DNA from: Candidatus Latescibacterota bacterium
GTDB taxonomy: Bacteria; Latescibacterota; UBA2968; UBA8231
Length of the DNA stretch: 64,000 nt
Reading direction: 5' to 3'
Assembly (NCBI GenBank): GCA_965217585.1
Contig: OZ244561.1
Span: 5,056,001-5,120,000 of the forward strand
Shown here: piece after piece, positions 9,240 to 18,433 of the stretch
How positions within the stretch are numbered: position 1 is the stretch's first letter
How the letters are laid out: the number at the start of each line of letters is the position of its first letter
Made by a program: the position numbers and the translations under genes
Notes under the pieces: model-generated
Seen by the model: the letters and a program-made list of their open reading frames with translations, nothing else
What the model was told of the DNA's origin: nothing
Database searches by the model: none

Positions 9240-10845
9240 ATGAGCAAACAATACCTATCTTTCATCGTGCATTTCGCAGTGGCTTGGCTCTTTTGCACGA
9301 GCCCTGTCTTGGCGCAAATAGATGTCGATGTTGTTGCTGAAAGCATCGTGCGGGTTCGCGCTTATGACGATCACAAAGTCGTGGTTGAAGGGAGCGGGTT
9401 TGTCGTCAATGAAAAGGGATATGTGCTGACGAATGCCCATCTCCTAGAGAAGGCAGAGGGATTGACCGTATTGTCCCTGAAGACCGGGGCCGAGGTTGTG
9501 GCGCAGCGGGCGTTTGCCAGCCGCGACATGAACTTGGCCCTGTTGCACGTACAGGGCTTGAACTTGCTGCCCCTCAGCTTATCCGAGCGGGGCCGATGTA
9601 GGCCGAGTCGTGCAAACGCTGCGGTTCGGCGCTACGGGAGCTGTTCAGCTTTCTCACGGGACGATTGGCACATACCAAGATATCCTCGGCAAGAAGACAA
9701 GCCGTCCTATAGCACACCTGCTACAACACAATGCCTTGATAAATGCCCAAGCCTTCGGCATGCCCTTGTTCAACGAATGCGGGGATGTCGTCGCCATCAA
9801 TATGCCAGATCCGGGCAGCGGCTCGTGGCCGTTTCGGAAAGCGAAACCCAAAGGGACTATTTTTGCCTTGCGCAGTGGCGACATAATAGCTGCGCTCGAA
9901 GACCAAGAAATCGCACATACAGTGGTTGAAGCAGAATGCCTGAGTGCCGTTGAGCGGGCTGAACGCGATAGAAAAGCGGCCGCTGACAGCCTCAAGGTAG
10001 CCAAGGCGCAGGCCGACTCGGCAGGCAAAGCCGCAAAAAAGGCCAAGGCACAGGCCGACTCGGCAAGCGAAGCCGCAAAAAAGGCCAAGGCCAAAGAGAA
10101 GGTCACTCGGCGGGCGGCAGAACGGGCGAAAGCGCGAGCCGATTCCGCAGAGAAAGCGGTGGCCGACAGCCTGAAGATGGCTAAGGCTCGGGCTGATTCC
10201 GCGAGTAAGGCGGCGGCTGACAGCCTCAAAGCGGCCAAGGCCAAAGCCGACAGCCTGAAGATGGCGCAGGCACGGGCGGATTCCGTGAGTAAGTCGGTGG
10301 CCGACAGCCTCAAAGCGGCAGAAGAAAAGGCCGCGCAGCGATTGCAGTGGGGCATTGCTGCGGGGGCGGGACTGGTACTGCTCGCACTTCTCGGTTGGTG
10401 GCTTTCCTCACGGAGGAAAAAGGAGCAATTACAAAGCGCCGAGTCCCGCTTGAGCGAAGCCGAACAAACGGCTGAAGCAGCACGCCAAGCAGCGGAGAAC
10501 GCACCGCAACCCGCGCCGTTCAGGTGTCTATTGGAAGGCCAAGACAGTACGGGTCGGCCATTCGCCTTGACCATATCGGCCTTGGCATTGAGCGAGCGGG
10601 CCGGTGTAACGCTCGGAAGGAGCCCGGCCAACGCCGAATTTATCATTGACCACGAAGAAGTCTCCCGCGAACACGTCCGGCTTACGTATGTTGACGGCCA
10701 ACTCTACGCAGAGGACTTGAATGCCCTGAATGGCACAAAGGTGAACGGACGCCTGCTCAACCCCCGCGAACAGGTGCTGTTGCAAAACAATGATCGGCTT
10801 GAGATAGGGCCAGTCGTTTTTGCCGTGCGTTTGGTTCAGGAGTGA
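9240..10845 (+). pseudogene. Signal peptide-trypsin-like (catalytically degenerate)-coiled coil-TM-FHA protein, frameshifted near 9590
   Basis: ORFs 9207-9929 and 9610-10845 join at gagcggggccgat; GSGFVVN, TNAH; NAQAFGMPL replaces GNSGGPL; FHA motifs GR, SREH, NGT. Confidence 0.75.
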
Positions 10846-10848
10846 ACA

Positions 10849-12207
10849 TTGCACGGCTTCAGACGCTGGTGTCTCGTCTTTTTTTTGCTCGCGCTTCTAC
10901 TACCGTGCCACGCTGTTGCCGCGCCAGACTTTGACGCGCTTGAGAAGAGCGTGGTACGCATTGTAACGCAGACTAGCCAAGGGCTTGGTGCTGGCACTGG
11001 ATTCGCCATAAACGACCAAGGCCATATTGCGACCAACGTCCACGTCATAGCCAATGCCAACGCGATCAAAGCCATTCCAACCAACTCCAACGTGCTGTAC
11101 GATGTGGAAGTAATCGCCACGTCCCAAGAACTCGACCTTGCAATCGCCTATATCCCAGATATAACCCTGCCGCCGATCACGCTTTCGCTCGCACCAGCCA
11201 TAAAAGGGCAGAAGGTATGGTCCATCGGCTATCCCGGTGGGGCCGACCGGAACAGACCAGCTCACGATCCGACCGTGCAAGACGGCGTCATTGGAAGGAT
11301 TTTTTGGGGTGCGTGGCACACGCAAGAACTCAGGATTATTCAGCACAATGCCCCGACCAATCCGGGCAACAGCGGCGGACCCCTACTAGATGATTGTAGC
11401 CGGGCAATCGGCGTCAATACGCAAGCGTCTCTCGTCGTCATTAGCAGTCCATCCAGCGGGGTGACGCGGGTACCCCATGCGGCGGGCATTTACTGGTCTT
11501 CGCATATAGAGGAATTGGCAAACCTGTTGGGCGACCATGGCATTGCTTTTCAATCAGAGAGCGACGATTGTGTGGCGGCTGGTGGCATGGGAGGTTCTGG
11601 CGAGGCGGAAAAGGCGCAGCACGAGGCGGAGAAAGCCCAGCGCGAAGCGGAAAAGGCTCGGCGCGAGGCCGAACAAGCGCGAGTGCAGGCAGAAGAAGCT
11701 AGCGATCAATTTTTCGTCTGGCTGTTATTGTTGGGGGGTGTGGCATTGATCGCCTTGGTCGTTGCCTTAAAGAAGCCGCGCCAGCTTGCCCAGCAGACCT
11801 TGGAGAAGCCGCGCCAGTTCGTCCAGCAGATGAGTCGGCGCGTGACCAAAAAAGACGCGGCGGCCGTTGCAAAAGGTCCAAATCACGGCATCGTGCTGGC
11901 CGGTTTTGACGGTCGCGGCAACCGCGTCTGCATCGAGTTGTCGCCAGGCCGATTTGCCGGTCAACGCTTGGGGCTTTCGCTCGGCAGGCATCCCGAGTTG
12001 GTGGATGAAGTTGTCGCGGATGAAAACGTATCCCGACGGCATCTGCGAATTGCAGCCGAGGGCGATCAATTTTATGTCGAAGATTTGAACTCCAGCAATG
12101 GGACGTTTCTGAACGAGCAGCGCCTGTCGCCCTTTAAGCCGGCGCGGTTGGACTATGGTACCAGAGTCGCGCTGGGCGATTTGGTACTCGTGGCTTCCAA
12201 GCTTTAG
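10849..12207 (+). CDS. Trypsin-like serine protease-TM-FHA domain protein
   Basis: Signal peptide; triad TNVH / DLAIA / NPGNSGGPL; TM FFVWLLLLGGVALIALVVAL; FHA motifs GR, SRRH, SNGTF. Confidence 0.9.
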   Translation: MHGFRRWCLVFFLLALLLPCHAVAAPDFDALEKSVVRIVTQTSQGLGAGTGFAINDQGHIATNVHVIANANAIKAIPTNSNVLYDVEVIATSQELDLAIAYIPDITLPPITLSLAPAIKGQKVWSIGYPGGADRNRPAHDPTVQDGVIGRIFWGAWHTQELRIIQHNAPTNPGNSGGPLLDDCSRAIGVNTQASLVVISSPSSGVTRVPHAAGIYWSSHIEELANLLGDHGIAFQSESDDCVAAGGMGGSGEAEKAQHEAEKAQREAEKARREAEQARVQAEEASDQFFVWLLLLGGVALIALVVALKKPRQLAQQTLEKPRQFVQQMSRRVTKKDAAAVAKGPNHGIVLAGFDGRGNRVCIELSPGRFAGQRLGLSLGRHPELVDEVVADENVSRRHLRIAAEGDQFYVEDLNSSNGTFLNEQRLSPFKPARLDYGTRVALGDLVLVASKL

Positions 12208-12215
12208 ATGGGGTA

Positions 12216-13217
12216 TTGGGCATGAAAAAACGCAGCCGAGAGTTCAACATCTTTAGCATGTCCGCGCTCGATCTGTTCGCCTCCGCTCTCGGTGCCTTCA
12301 TACTCATTACCATAGTGCTGCTGCCCTTTTTTCCGAATCTGGACATGTCGGGACAGGCCAAGGCCGAGTTGGAGCAGGCGCAGGCCGAATTGGAGCAGGC
12401 CAAGGCCAAGTTAGAGCAAGCCAAGGCCCAATCAGAGCAGGAGAAGGCTAAGCTGGAACGGGAGAAGGCTAAGCTGGAACAGGAGAAGGCTAAGCTGGAA
12501 CGGGCAAAGGCCCAAGCTCCGAAAGCGAAAGGTCAGCTTGAAAAACGGGTGGAGGCTTTGCAACAGGAGCTGAAACAGGAGAAAGCCAAGCTGGAACGGG
12601 CAAAGGCCCAAGCTCCGAAAACGAAAGGTCAGCTTGAAAAACGAGTGGAGGCTTTGCAACAGGAGATAGACGACACAACCGTTTTATTGGGCATTAAGAC
12701 GAAGGCGAAGAAGTTCGTGTTCGTCATAGATATGTCGGGCAGTATTTATCAGCCTGGACAGCAAGATTATCGCCAGTTCATAGTATTGTCCATACAAGAC
12801 ATGCTCGCTGCTTTTAAGTCGGAAATAGAGGTCTGTCTCATTGGTTTTCAAGGCTCGAATCTGTTGCACTATTGGCCTCGAAATAGAGGTTACTTTCAAG
12901 TAAAAAAGAATACGCAAGATCGCGTTGTGGGACAGGTAAAAGGCTGGATGAGATTGGTGGATGGCGGCACGCCCACACGCGCCGCTTTGCTGGCGGCGAT
13001 TGCACTGCACCCCGAAGAAATCATCCTGTTGAGCGATGGTGAACCCTCAGAAGATTGGCGCATGGTCGTGCAGGCTGTAACGGTTGAAAATAGGCGGAAG
13101 ATACCCATACACGCCGTAGCCGTTGGCAAATACACGACGAACCGAAAATTTATCGATTTTCTATTGCAGTTGACAGAGCGGAATAATGGGTATGTCGTAG
13201 GAGCCAAACCAGGTTGA
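12216..13217 (+). CDS. Membrane-anchored coiled-coil vWA protein with ExbD/MotB-like N-terminal helix
   Basis: Basic N-terminus then SALDLFASALGAFILI (Asp at TM start); heptad-like repeats; MIDAS DMSGS, GGTP, LLSDGEP. Confidence 0.8.
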   Translation: MGMKKRSREFNIFSMSALDLFASALGAFILITIVLLPFFPNLDMSGQAKAELEQAQAELEQAKAKLEQAKAQSEQEKAKLEREKAKLEQEKAKLERAKAQAPKAKGQLEKRVEALQQELKQEKAKLERAKAQAPKTKGQLEKRVEALQQEIDDTTVLLGIKTKAKKFVFVIDMSGSIYQPGQQDYRQFIVLSIQDMLAAFKSEIEVCLIGFQGSNLLHYWPRNRGYFQVKKNTQDRVVGQVKGWMRLVDGGTPTRAALLAAIALHPEEIILLSDGEPSEDWRMVVQAVTVENRRKIPIHAVAVGKYTTNRKFIDFLLQLTERNNGYVVGAKPG

Positions 13218-13218
13218 T

Positions 13219-13587
13219 ATGAACAAATCGAGATTTTCTGTGTACCGAATCGGTCGCGGCTCAGGCGTGGACATCCAGATTGACGATGATTCGGTCTCTC
13301 GCGTCCATGCCGAGCTAATTGCGACGCAAAGCGGCTCTTACTATCTCACCGATTGCGCCAGCAGCGGGGGTAGTTATGTTGCACGAAACGGCGAGTGGAG
13401 ACGCATCCGGCAGGAATTTATAAGCCCGACAGACGCGATTTTACTAGGTCATTATCAGACGACCGCACCCGCACTTATCGCTATGGCCGTGCAAAGGGAG
13501 CACCGTTCAGGAGAGGGCACGTCCCTGCCCGAGGGACCAGTGCGGCGCAACGTAGATACGGGTGAGATCATTGGCGAGGAGGATTGA
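13219..13587 (+). CDS. FHA domain protein
   Basis: IGR...DIQIDDDSVSRVHA...D..S.GGS. Confidence 0.85.
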   Translation: MNKSRFSVYRIGRGSGVDIQIDDDSVSRVHAELIATQSGSYYLTDCASSGGSYVARNGEWRRIRQEFISPTDAILLGHYQTTAPALIAMAVQREHRSGEGTSLPEGPVRRNVDTGEIIGEED

Positions 13588-13588
13588 C

Positions 13589-14374
13589 ATGGCAAAAGGG
13601 CAAGGGGTAGAGCTGGAACAGCGCCTAAAAGTATGCGGCGTCAGTTTGCTAGGAGGCGTCGTATCTATAGCGATTATGAGCATTATTTTCGATCATCCCG
13701 ATTCTGGGGCAGGTGCTTTCCTGCTAGATCGCCACACGGAGAATTTTCCCTATCCATTCACAATCCAAAACGTCATGTGGCTTATGTTTTGGGTCGGCTG
13801 CGGTGAACTCTGGGTGCGGTTTAATCAAGCCAAGCTGGAAATGGAGCAGATGTCGAAACGCTATCTGCCGGAGGACGATGAGGTTATGTTGCGGGCGCGG
13901 GATTTGGGTTCCTTTTATCAGAAGGTGAAACCCATGGCCGAGGAGCGCGCCTTTTATTTACAGCGTCTAATCATGCGCTGTATTCTACAATTCCAGGGGA
14001 GCCACTCAGTGAACCAAGCCAACTCGCTATTGAATTCTTCCCTCGAATTATTTCAGCACGAGCTCGAACTCAAGTACGCGATGTTGCGCTATCTCGTCTG
14101 GCTGATACCAACGCTGGGTTTTATTGGCACTGTGGTGGGTATTGCGTTTGCATTGGATTATGCGGCCAACATTGAAAACCCACAGGACCCGACCTTGCTG
14201 GCCGGGATCACGGGTCGGCTGGGCGTCGCGTTTTACACGACCTTGCTCGCGTTGATCCAGTCGGCACTGCTGGTGTTTGCGCTGCACATTGCGCAAAGCC
14301 AGGAGGAGATGGCCTTAAACCAATCCGGCCAATACTGTTTGGACAACTTAATCAACCGGCTTTACGAAAAGTAA
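13589..14374 (+). CDS. MotA/TolQ/ExbB proton-channel family protein
   Basis: IPTLGFIGTVVGI and GVAFYTTL signature helices; start MAKGQ at 13589. Confidence 0.85.
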   Translation: MAKGQGVELEQRLKVCGVSLLGGVVSIAIMSIIFDHPDSGAGAFLLDRHTENFPYPFTIQNVMWLMFWVGCGELWVRFNQAKLEMEQMSKRYLPEDDEVMLRARDLGSFYQKVKPMAEERAFYLQRLIMRCILQFQGSHSVNQANSLLNSSLELFQHELELKYAMLRYLVWLIPTLGFIGTVVGIAFALDYAANIENPQDPTLLAGITGRLGVAFYTTLLALIQSALLVFALHIAQSQEEMALNQSGQYCLDNLINRLYEK

Positions 14375-14427
14375 GTTGCGGGCGAGACGCCTGCGCGGCC
14401 GGAATAACCCAAAGATAGGAGGGCATC

Positions 14428-15081
14428 ATGCCTGTTTATCGCGGACCCGATGGCAAAATCATTGAAGAGAAAACCGATAAGCGGACAGAGGATACCAAAC
14501 CAACGGACGCGGCCAACAAGCCGTTGCCGCCGGCACCACAGGGTGGCGAGCAACCCGCCGGTGCCGGGCGTTTAGATGCGCCCACGCAGCGGATGGGCGA
14601 AAGCCGTGCGCCGGCCAATGTCGGCGAGGAGGAGCGGACGCGCTTGGTGGGTGGACGGCGGCGGCAAGAAGACGAGGAGCGCCGGCAAGAGCGCGCCGAG
14701 GAAGATCGCGGCATGGATGATCCGGTTGTGGGGTGGTTGGTAGTTGTCGAGGGGCCGGGAAAAGGGAAGGCCGTGCAACTGGGTTATGGCTCTAATTCGA
14801 TTGGACGCGGGGAGACCGATCGCATCAAGCTCGATTTTGGCGACGATCAGATTTCGCGCAATGGCCATGCCGTTGTTACGTACGATCCTCGCGGCAGGAA
14901 GTTTTATGTGCAGCACGGCGGCGGCACCAACCTGACGTATCTCGGGGATCAGCCCGTGCTCGCACCGGCTGAGTTGCCAGCGCTGAGTCACATCAGCATC
15001 GGCAATACGGTTCTCCGTTTCGTGTCCCTGTGCGGTGCCGAGTTTGATTGGCAGGATACCGAAGGAAGCGAAGCGCGATGA
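14428..15081 (+). CDS. FHA domain protein with disordered Thr-containing N-terminus
   Basis: PVVGWLVVVEGPGKG, IGR, D..ISR..HA, TNLTY. Confidence 0.85.
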   Translation: MPVYRGPDGKIIEEKTDKRTEDTKPTDAANKPLPPAPQGGEQPAGAGRLDAPTQRMGESRAPANVGEEERTRLVGGRRRQEDEERRQERAEEDRGMDDPVVGWLVVVEGPGKGKAVQLGYGSNSIGRGETDRIKLDFGDDQISRNGHAVVTYDPRGRKFYVQHGGGTNLTYLGDQPVLAPAELPALSHISIGNTVLRFVSLCGAEFDWQDTEGSEAR

Positions 15082-16235
15082 ACGAGTTAGACGGGCGCTT
15101 TGCCGCGCGGCAAATTCCCGGCAAACGGGAGTATCAAGAGGATGATTACGGCCTGCTGGATGGGCGCGACCTCGGCCTAGACGGTAGCGAGCACTCCATG
15201 TTGTTGGTCGCCGATGGCATGGGCGGCCATGTTGGCGGCGCGACGGCTAGCGGCCTTTTGAGTAAGACCTTTGTCGAGGTGTATTCGCAGGCTTCTGGGC
15301 CAATCGTCGATCGGCTCCGGGACTGCCTCGAAGCGGGTAATAAAGCCATCGCCGATGCCATTGCCGAAAATCCCGAACTCGACAGCATGGGTTCGACCTT
15401 GGTTGCGGCTGTTGTTTCAAGCGAAGGGCTGAACTGGATCAGCGTGGGCGACTCTCCGTTGTGGTTGTTTCGCGAGGGTCAATTGGAGCGTTTGAATGCA
15501 GACCACTCTATGGCTCCGGTTCTTGCGGATCTCGTGGCAACGGGGCGCATGACCGCAGAGGAAGCGGCTCGAGATCCAAGTCGGCACTCGCTGCGGTCGG
15601 CGGTCATGGGCGATGACATACATCTGATTGACGTATCGTCGCAGCCGGTGGCGGTCGAGCAGGGCAACCGGCTGCTATTGGCGAGCGATGGTTTGATGAC
15701 CCTCAGCGACCAAGAGATCGAGGCTATCCTCAAGAAAACGCAAGACGCGCCATTGGAGGATAGCGCCGCGGCCCTTATCCAAGCTGTGGAAGATGCCGAA
15801 CAGCCCCACCAAGACAATACGACTGTCTTATTGTACGCGCCGGCTGAGAGTGCGGAATTGGCTGCGGCTGCTATTGGCGAACAGGAAGCTGCTCAGGGTA
15901 AGCCGCGATTAAAACGAAAACGCCGAGGCAGACTGTTGGGGATGTTGCTATGCGTTGCTGTCTTATGGGGGGTGCTTTATTGGCTTAGGCGGGGCGAAGA
16001 TGCGGTTGTTGAGATTCCAGCGGCAACTGTTGAGACTCCAGCAACAACGGATGTTGAACCCACTGAAGGCTCTGATGTTCAAGTGCCAATGGCATCCGGC
16101 GCCGAAGAGAGCGCACCGGTTTCTCAGGAGGAGGCGACAGGGGACAGCACTCGTGCGGGGGTGGAGAAAGCCGAGTTGAACGAGCCGCCAGCAGAGAAAG
16201 AAGAGAGTGTTAGGGTCGAGGGAGGGGAAGAGTGA
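15078..16235 (+). CDS. PP2C/PPM-family Ser/Thr phosphatase with C-terminal TM and acidic tail
   Basis: REYQED, VADGMGGH, MGST, VGDS, DHS, LASDGL, DNTT. Confidence 0.92.
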   Translation: MNELDGRFAARQIPGKREYQEDDYGLLDGRDLGLDGSEHSMLLVADGMGGHVGGATASGLLSKTFVEVYSQASGPIVDRLRDCLEAGNKAIADAIAENPELDSMGSTLVAAVVSSEGLNWISVGDSPLWLFREGQLERLNADHSMAPVLADLVATGRMTAEEAARDPSRHSLRSAVMGDDIHLIDVSSQPVAVEQGNRLLLASDGLMTLSDQEIEAILKKTQDAPLEDSAAALIQAVEDAEQPHQDNTTVLLYAPAESAELAAAAIGEQEAAQGKPRLKRKRRGRLLGMLLCVAVLWGVLYWLRRGEDAVVEIPAATVETPATTDVEPTEGSDVQVPMASGAEESAPVSQEEATGDSTRAGVEKAELNEPPAEKEESVRVEGGEE

Positions 16236-16276
16236 AATCGTAGGGGCGTCGCTACGATACAAACACGGGACAGATT

Positions 16277-18400
16277 ATGAGTGGGGAACAACAGCATCGC
16301 TTGGCGTTGCCGCAGGGGACGCGCATACGGGATTTTGAGTTTCACCGCGTCCTTGGCTACGGCGGGTTTGGCATTACCTATCTGGGATGGAACATTGCCT
16401 TGGATATTCCCGTGGCGATCAAGGAGTATCTGCCCGCAGACTTGGCTACCCGCGAACAAGACCTGTCCGTTGTGCCGCAGTCGTCACAGACAGCGGCCGA
16501 TTTCCAATGGGGCTTGGAACGCTTCTTGGACGAAGTTCGAACCCTTGCACGCTTTCAGCACCGCAACATCGTCCGCGTCCATCATTTTTTTGAAGCGCAC
16601 AGTACTGCCTATATCACAATGGACTATGTGGAGGGGGAGGACTTGTCGGCGTATCTGACGCGCAAGGGGACGCTGAGCGAAGACGAGCTTAAAGCGATTC
16701 TGTATCCACTGTTGAGTGCTTTAGAAGTGATACATCAGGCTGATTTCCTACATCGAGACATCAAGCCGGGCAACATTGTCTTGCGCGATTCGGATGGTGC
16801 GCCGGTGTTGCTGGACTTTGGCTCGGCACGTCAGGCGATAGGAGCGAAGAGTCGTTCAGTTACGTCGATTGTGACGCCGGGGTATGCGCCGATCGAGCAG
16901 TATTCGAGTCGGGGTCGTCAGGGGCCTTGGACGGACCTTTATGCGTTGGGAGGTGTGTGTTATCGGGCGTTGACGGGTCAGGTGCCGGAGGATGCGACGG
17001 ATAGGGTGCGTCTCGATCCGTTGGTTCCGGTATCACAGCGGTGTGCGGGTCGGGTGAGTGGTGCGTTTTTGTCGGCGATAGATGTGGCGTTGTCGGTGGA
17101 TGAGGGGGATCGTCCGCAGAGTGTGGGGGCTTGGCGGGAGGCGTTGGAAGTGGATGTGGTGGAAGCAGAGGGGGATGAGTTGGCCGAAGTGCCGAGGCGT
17201 GGGACGGCGGAAATACAGGAGCTCGAGACGGCGGATGTCTCGGACGTGAGCAAGGGGGGACGCGACGCTTTACCATCGGATACCAAGAAAAAGGAAGCCG
17301 TCGAGCATAAACCAGCTAGCGCAAAGTGGGTGTTCGTAATCATGGGCGGGGTCATTTTTTTCGCGATACTCGCCGGTTTTTACGACGTAAAGAACGAGCG
17401 AGCGGTGTTGGAGAAGCAGCGTCGGGAACAGGCGGTGTTGGAGAAGCAGCGTCGGGAACAAGCGGTGTTGGAGAAGCAACGTCGGGAGCAGGCAGTGTTG
17501 GAGAAGCAACGTCGGGAACAGGCAGCGTTGGAGAAGCAACGTCGGGAACAGGCGGCGTTGGAGAAACAGCGTCGGGAACAGGCGGCGTTGGAGAAACAGC
17601 GTCGGGAACAAGCGGTGTTGGAGAAGCAGCGTCGGGAACAGGCGGCGTTGGAGAAACAGCGTCGGGAACAGGCGGCGTTAGAGAAGCAACGTCAGGAGGA
17701 ACAGGCAGTACTAAAAAAAGCAGGGGTGTACAGTCTGCACGATGCGGCGTCTAAGAATGCCTATGAGGCAGCCGAGGTGTTGCTCAAGCAGGGGGCTAAA
17801 GTCAATACCAAAGCCGACAATGGCTGGACGCCGCTACACGATGCGGCGCGGAAAAATGCTGCTATGACGGCCGAGGTGTTGCTCAAGGGGGGTGCCAACG
17901 TCCACGCCAAAGACAAATATGGCTGGACGCCGTTGCACAGGGCGGCGGAGAAGGATGCTTCTGCGACGGCGGAGATGTTGCTCAAGCAGGGAGCCGACGC
18001 CAATGCCAGAAATAACTATGGCGATACGCCGCTACACATAGCGGCGCGGAATAATGCTTCTAGGACGGTCGAGGTGTTACTCAAGCAGGGAGCCGACATC
18101 CACGCCAAAGACAAATATGGCGCTACGCCGCTGCACGTAGCGGCGGAGAAGGATGCTTTTGGGACGGCTGAGGTGTTGCTTAAGGGGGGAGCCGACGCTA
18201 ACGCCAAAAACAAATATGGCTGGACGCCGTTGCACTGGGCGGCGCGGAATAATGCTTCTTCGACGGCCGAGGTGTTACTCAAGGGGAGGGCCGACGCTAA
18301 CGCCAAAACCAACAAGGGCGGGACGCCGCTGCACGTAGCGGTGGGATGGAATGCTTCTGCGACGGCGGAGGTCTTGCGCCGTTACGGCGGTCGAAAGTGA
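16277..18400 (+). CDS. Receptor-like Ser/Thr kinase-TM-coiled coil-ankyrin repeat protein
   Basis: Kinase motifs; TM WVFVIMGGVIFFAILAGF; 10 EQA(V/A)LEKQRR-type units; about 7 ankyrin repeats. Confidence 0.92.
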   Translation: MSGEQQHRLALPQGTRIRDFEFHRVLGYGGFGITYLGWNIALDIPVAIKEYLPADLATREQDLSVVPQSSQTAADFQWGLERFLDEVRTLARFQHRNIVRVHHFFEAHSTAYITMDYVEGEDLSAYLTRKGTLSEDELKAILYPLLSALEVIHQADFLHRDIKPGNIVLRDSDGAPVLLDFGSARQAIGAKSRSVTSIVTPGYAPIEQYSSRGRQGPWTDLYALGGVCYRALTGQVPEDATDRVRLDPLVPVSQRCAGRVSGAFLSAIDVALSVDEGDRPQSVGAWREALEVDVVEAEGDELAEVPRRGTAEIQELETADVSDVSKGGRDALPSDTKKKEAVEHKPASAKWVFVIMGGVIFFAILAGFYDVKNERAVLEKQRREQAVLEKQRREQAVLEKQRREQAVLEKQRREQAALEKQRREQAALEKQRREQAALEKQRREQAVLEKQRREQAALEKQRREQAALEKQRQEEQAVLKKAGVYSLHDAASKNAYEAAEVLLKQGAKVNTKADNGWTPLHDAARKNAAMTAEVLLKGGANVHAKDKYGWTPLHRAAEKDASATAEMLLKQGADANARNNYGDTPLHIAARNNASRTVEVLLKQGADIHAKDKYGATPLHVAAEKDAFGTAEVLLKGGADANAKNKYGWTPLHWAARNNASSTAEVLLKGRADANAKTNKGGTPLHVAVGWNASATAEVLRRYGGRK
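17396..17700 (+). repeat. 30-bp tandem repeats (EQA(V/A)LEKQRR) x10
   Basis: ggaacaggcggcgttggagaa(a/g)cagcgtcg periodicity. Confidence 0.9.
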
Positions 18401-18433
18401 AATAAGCTGATTTTTGAAACAATTGGAGATGCT

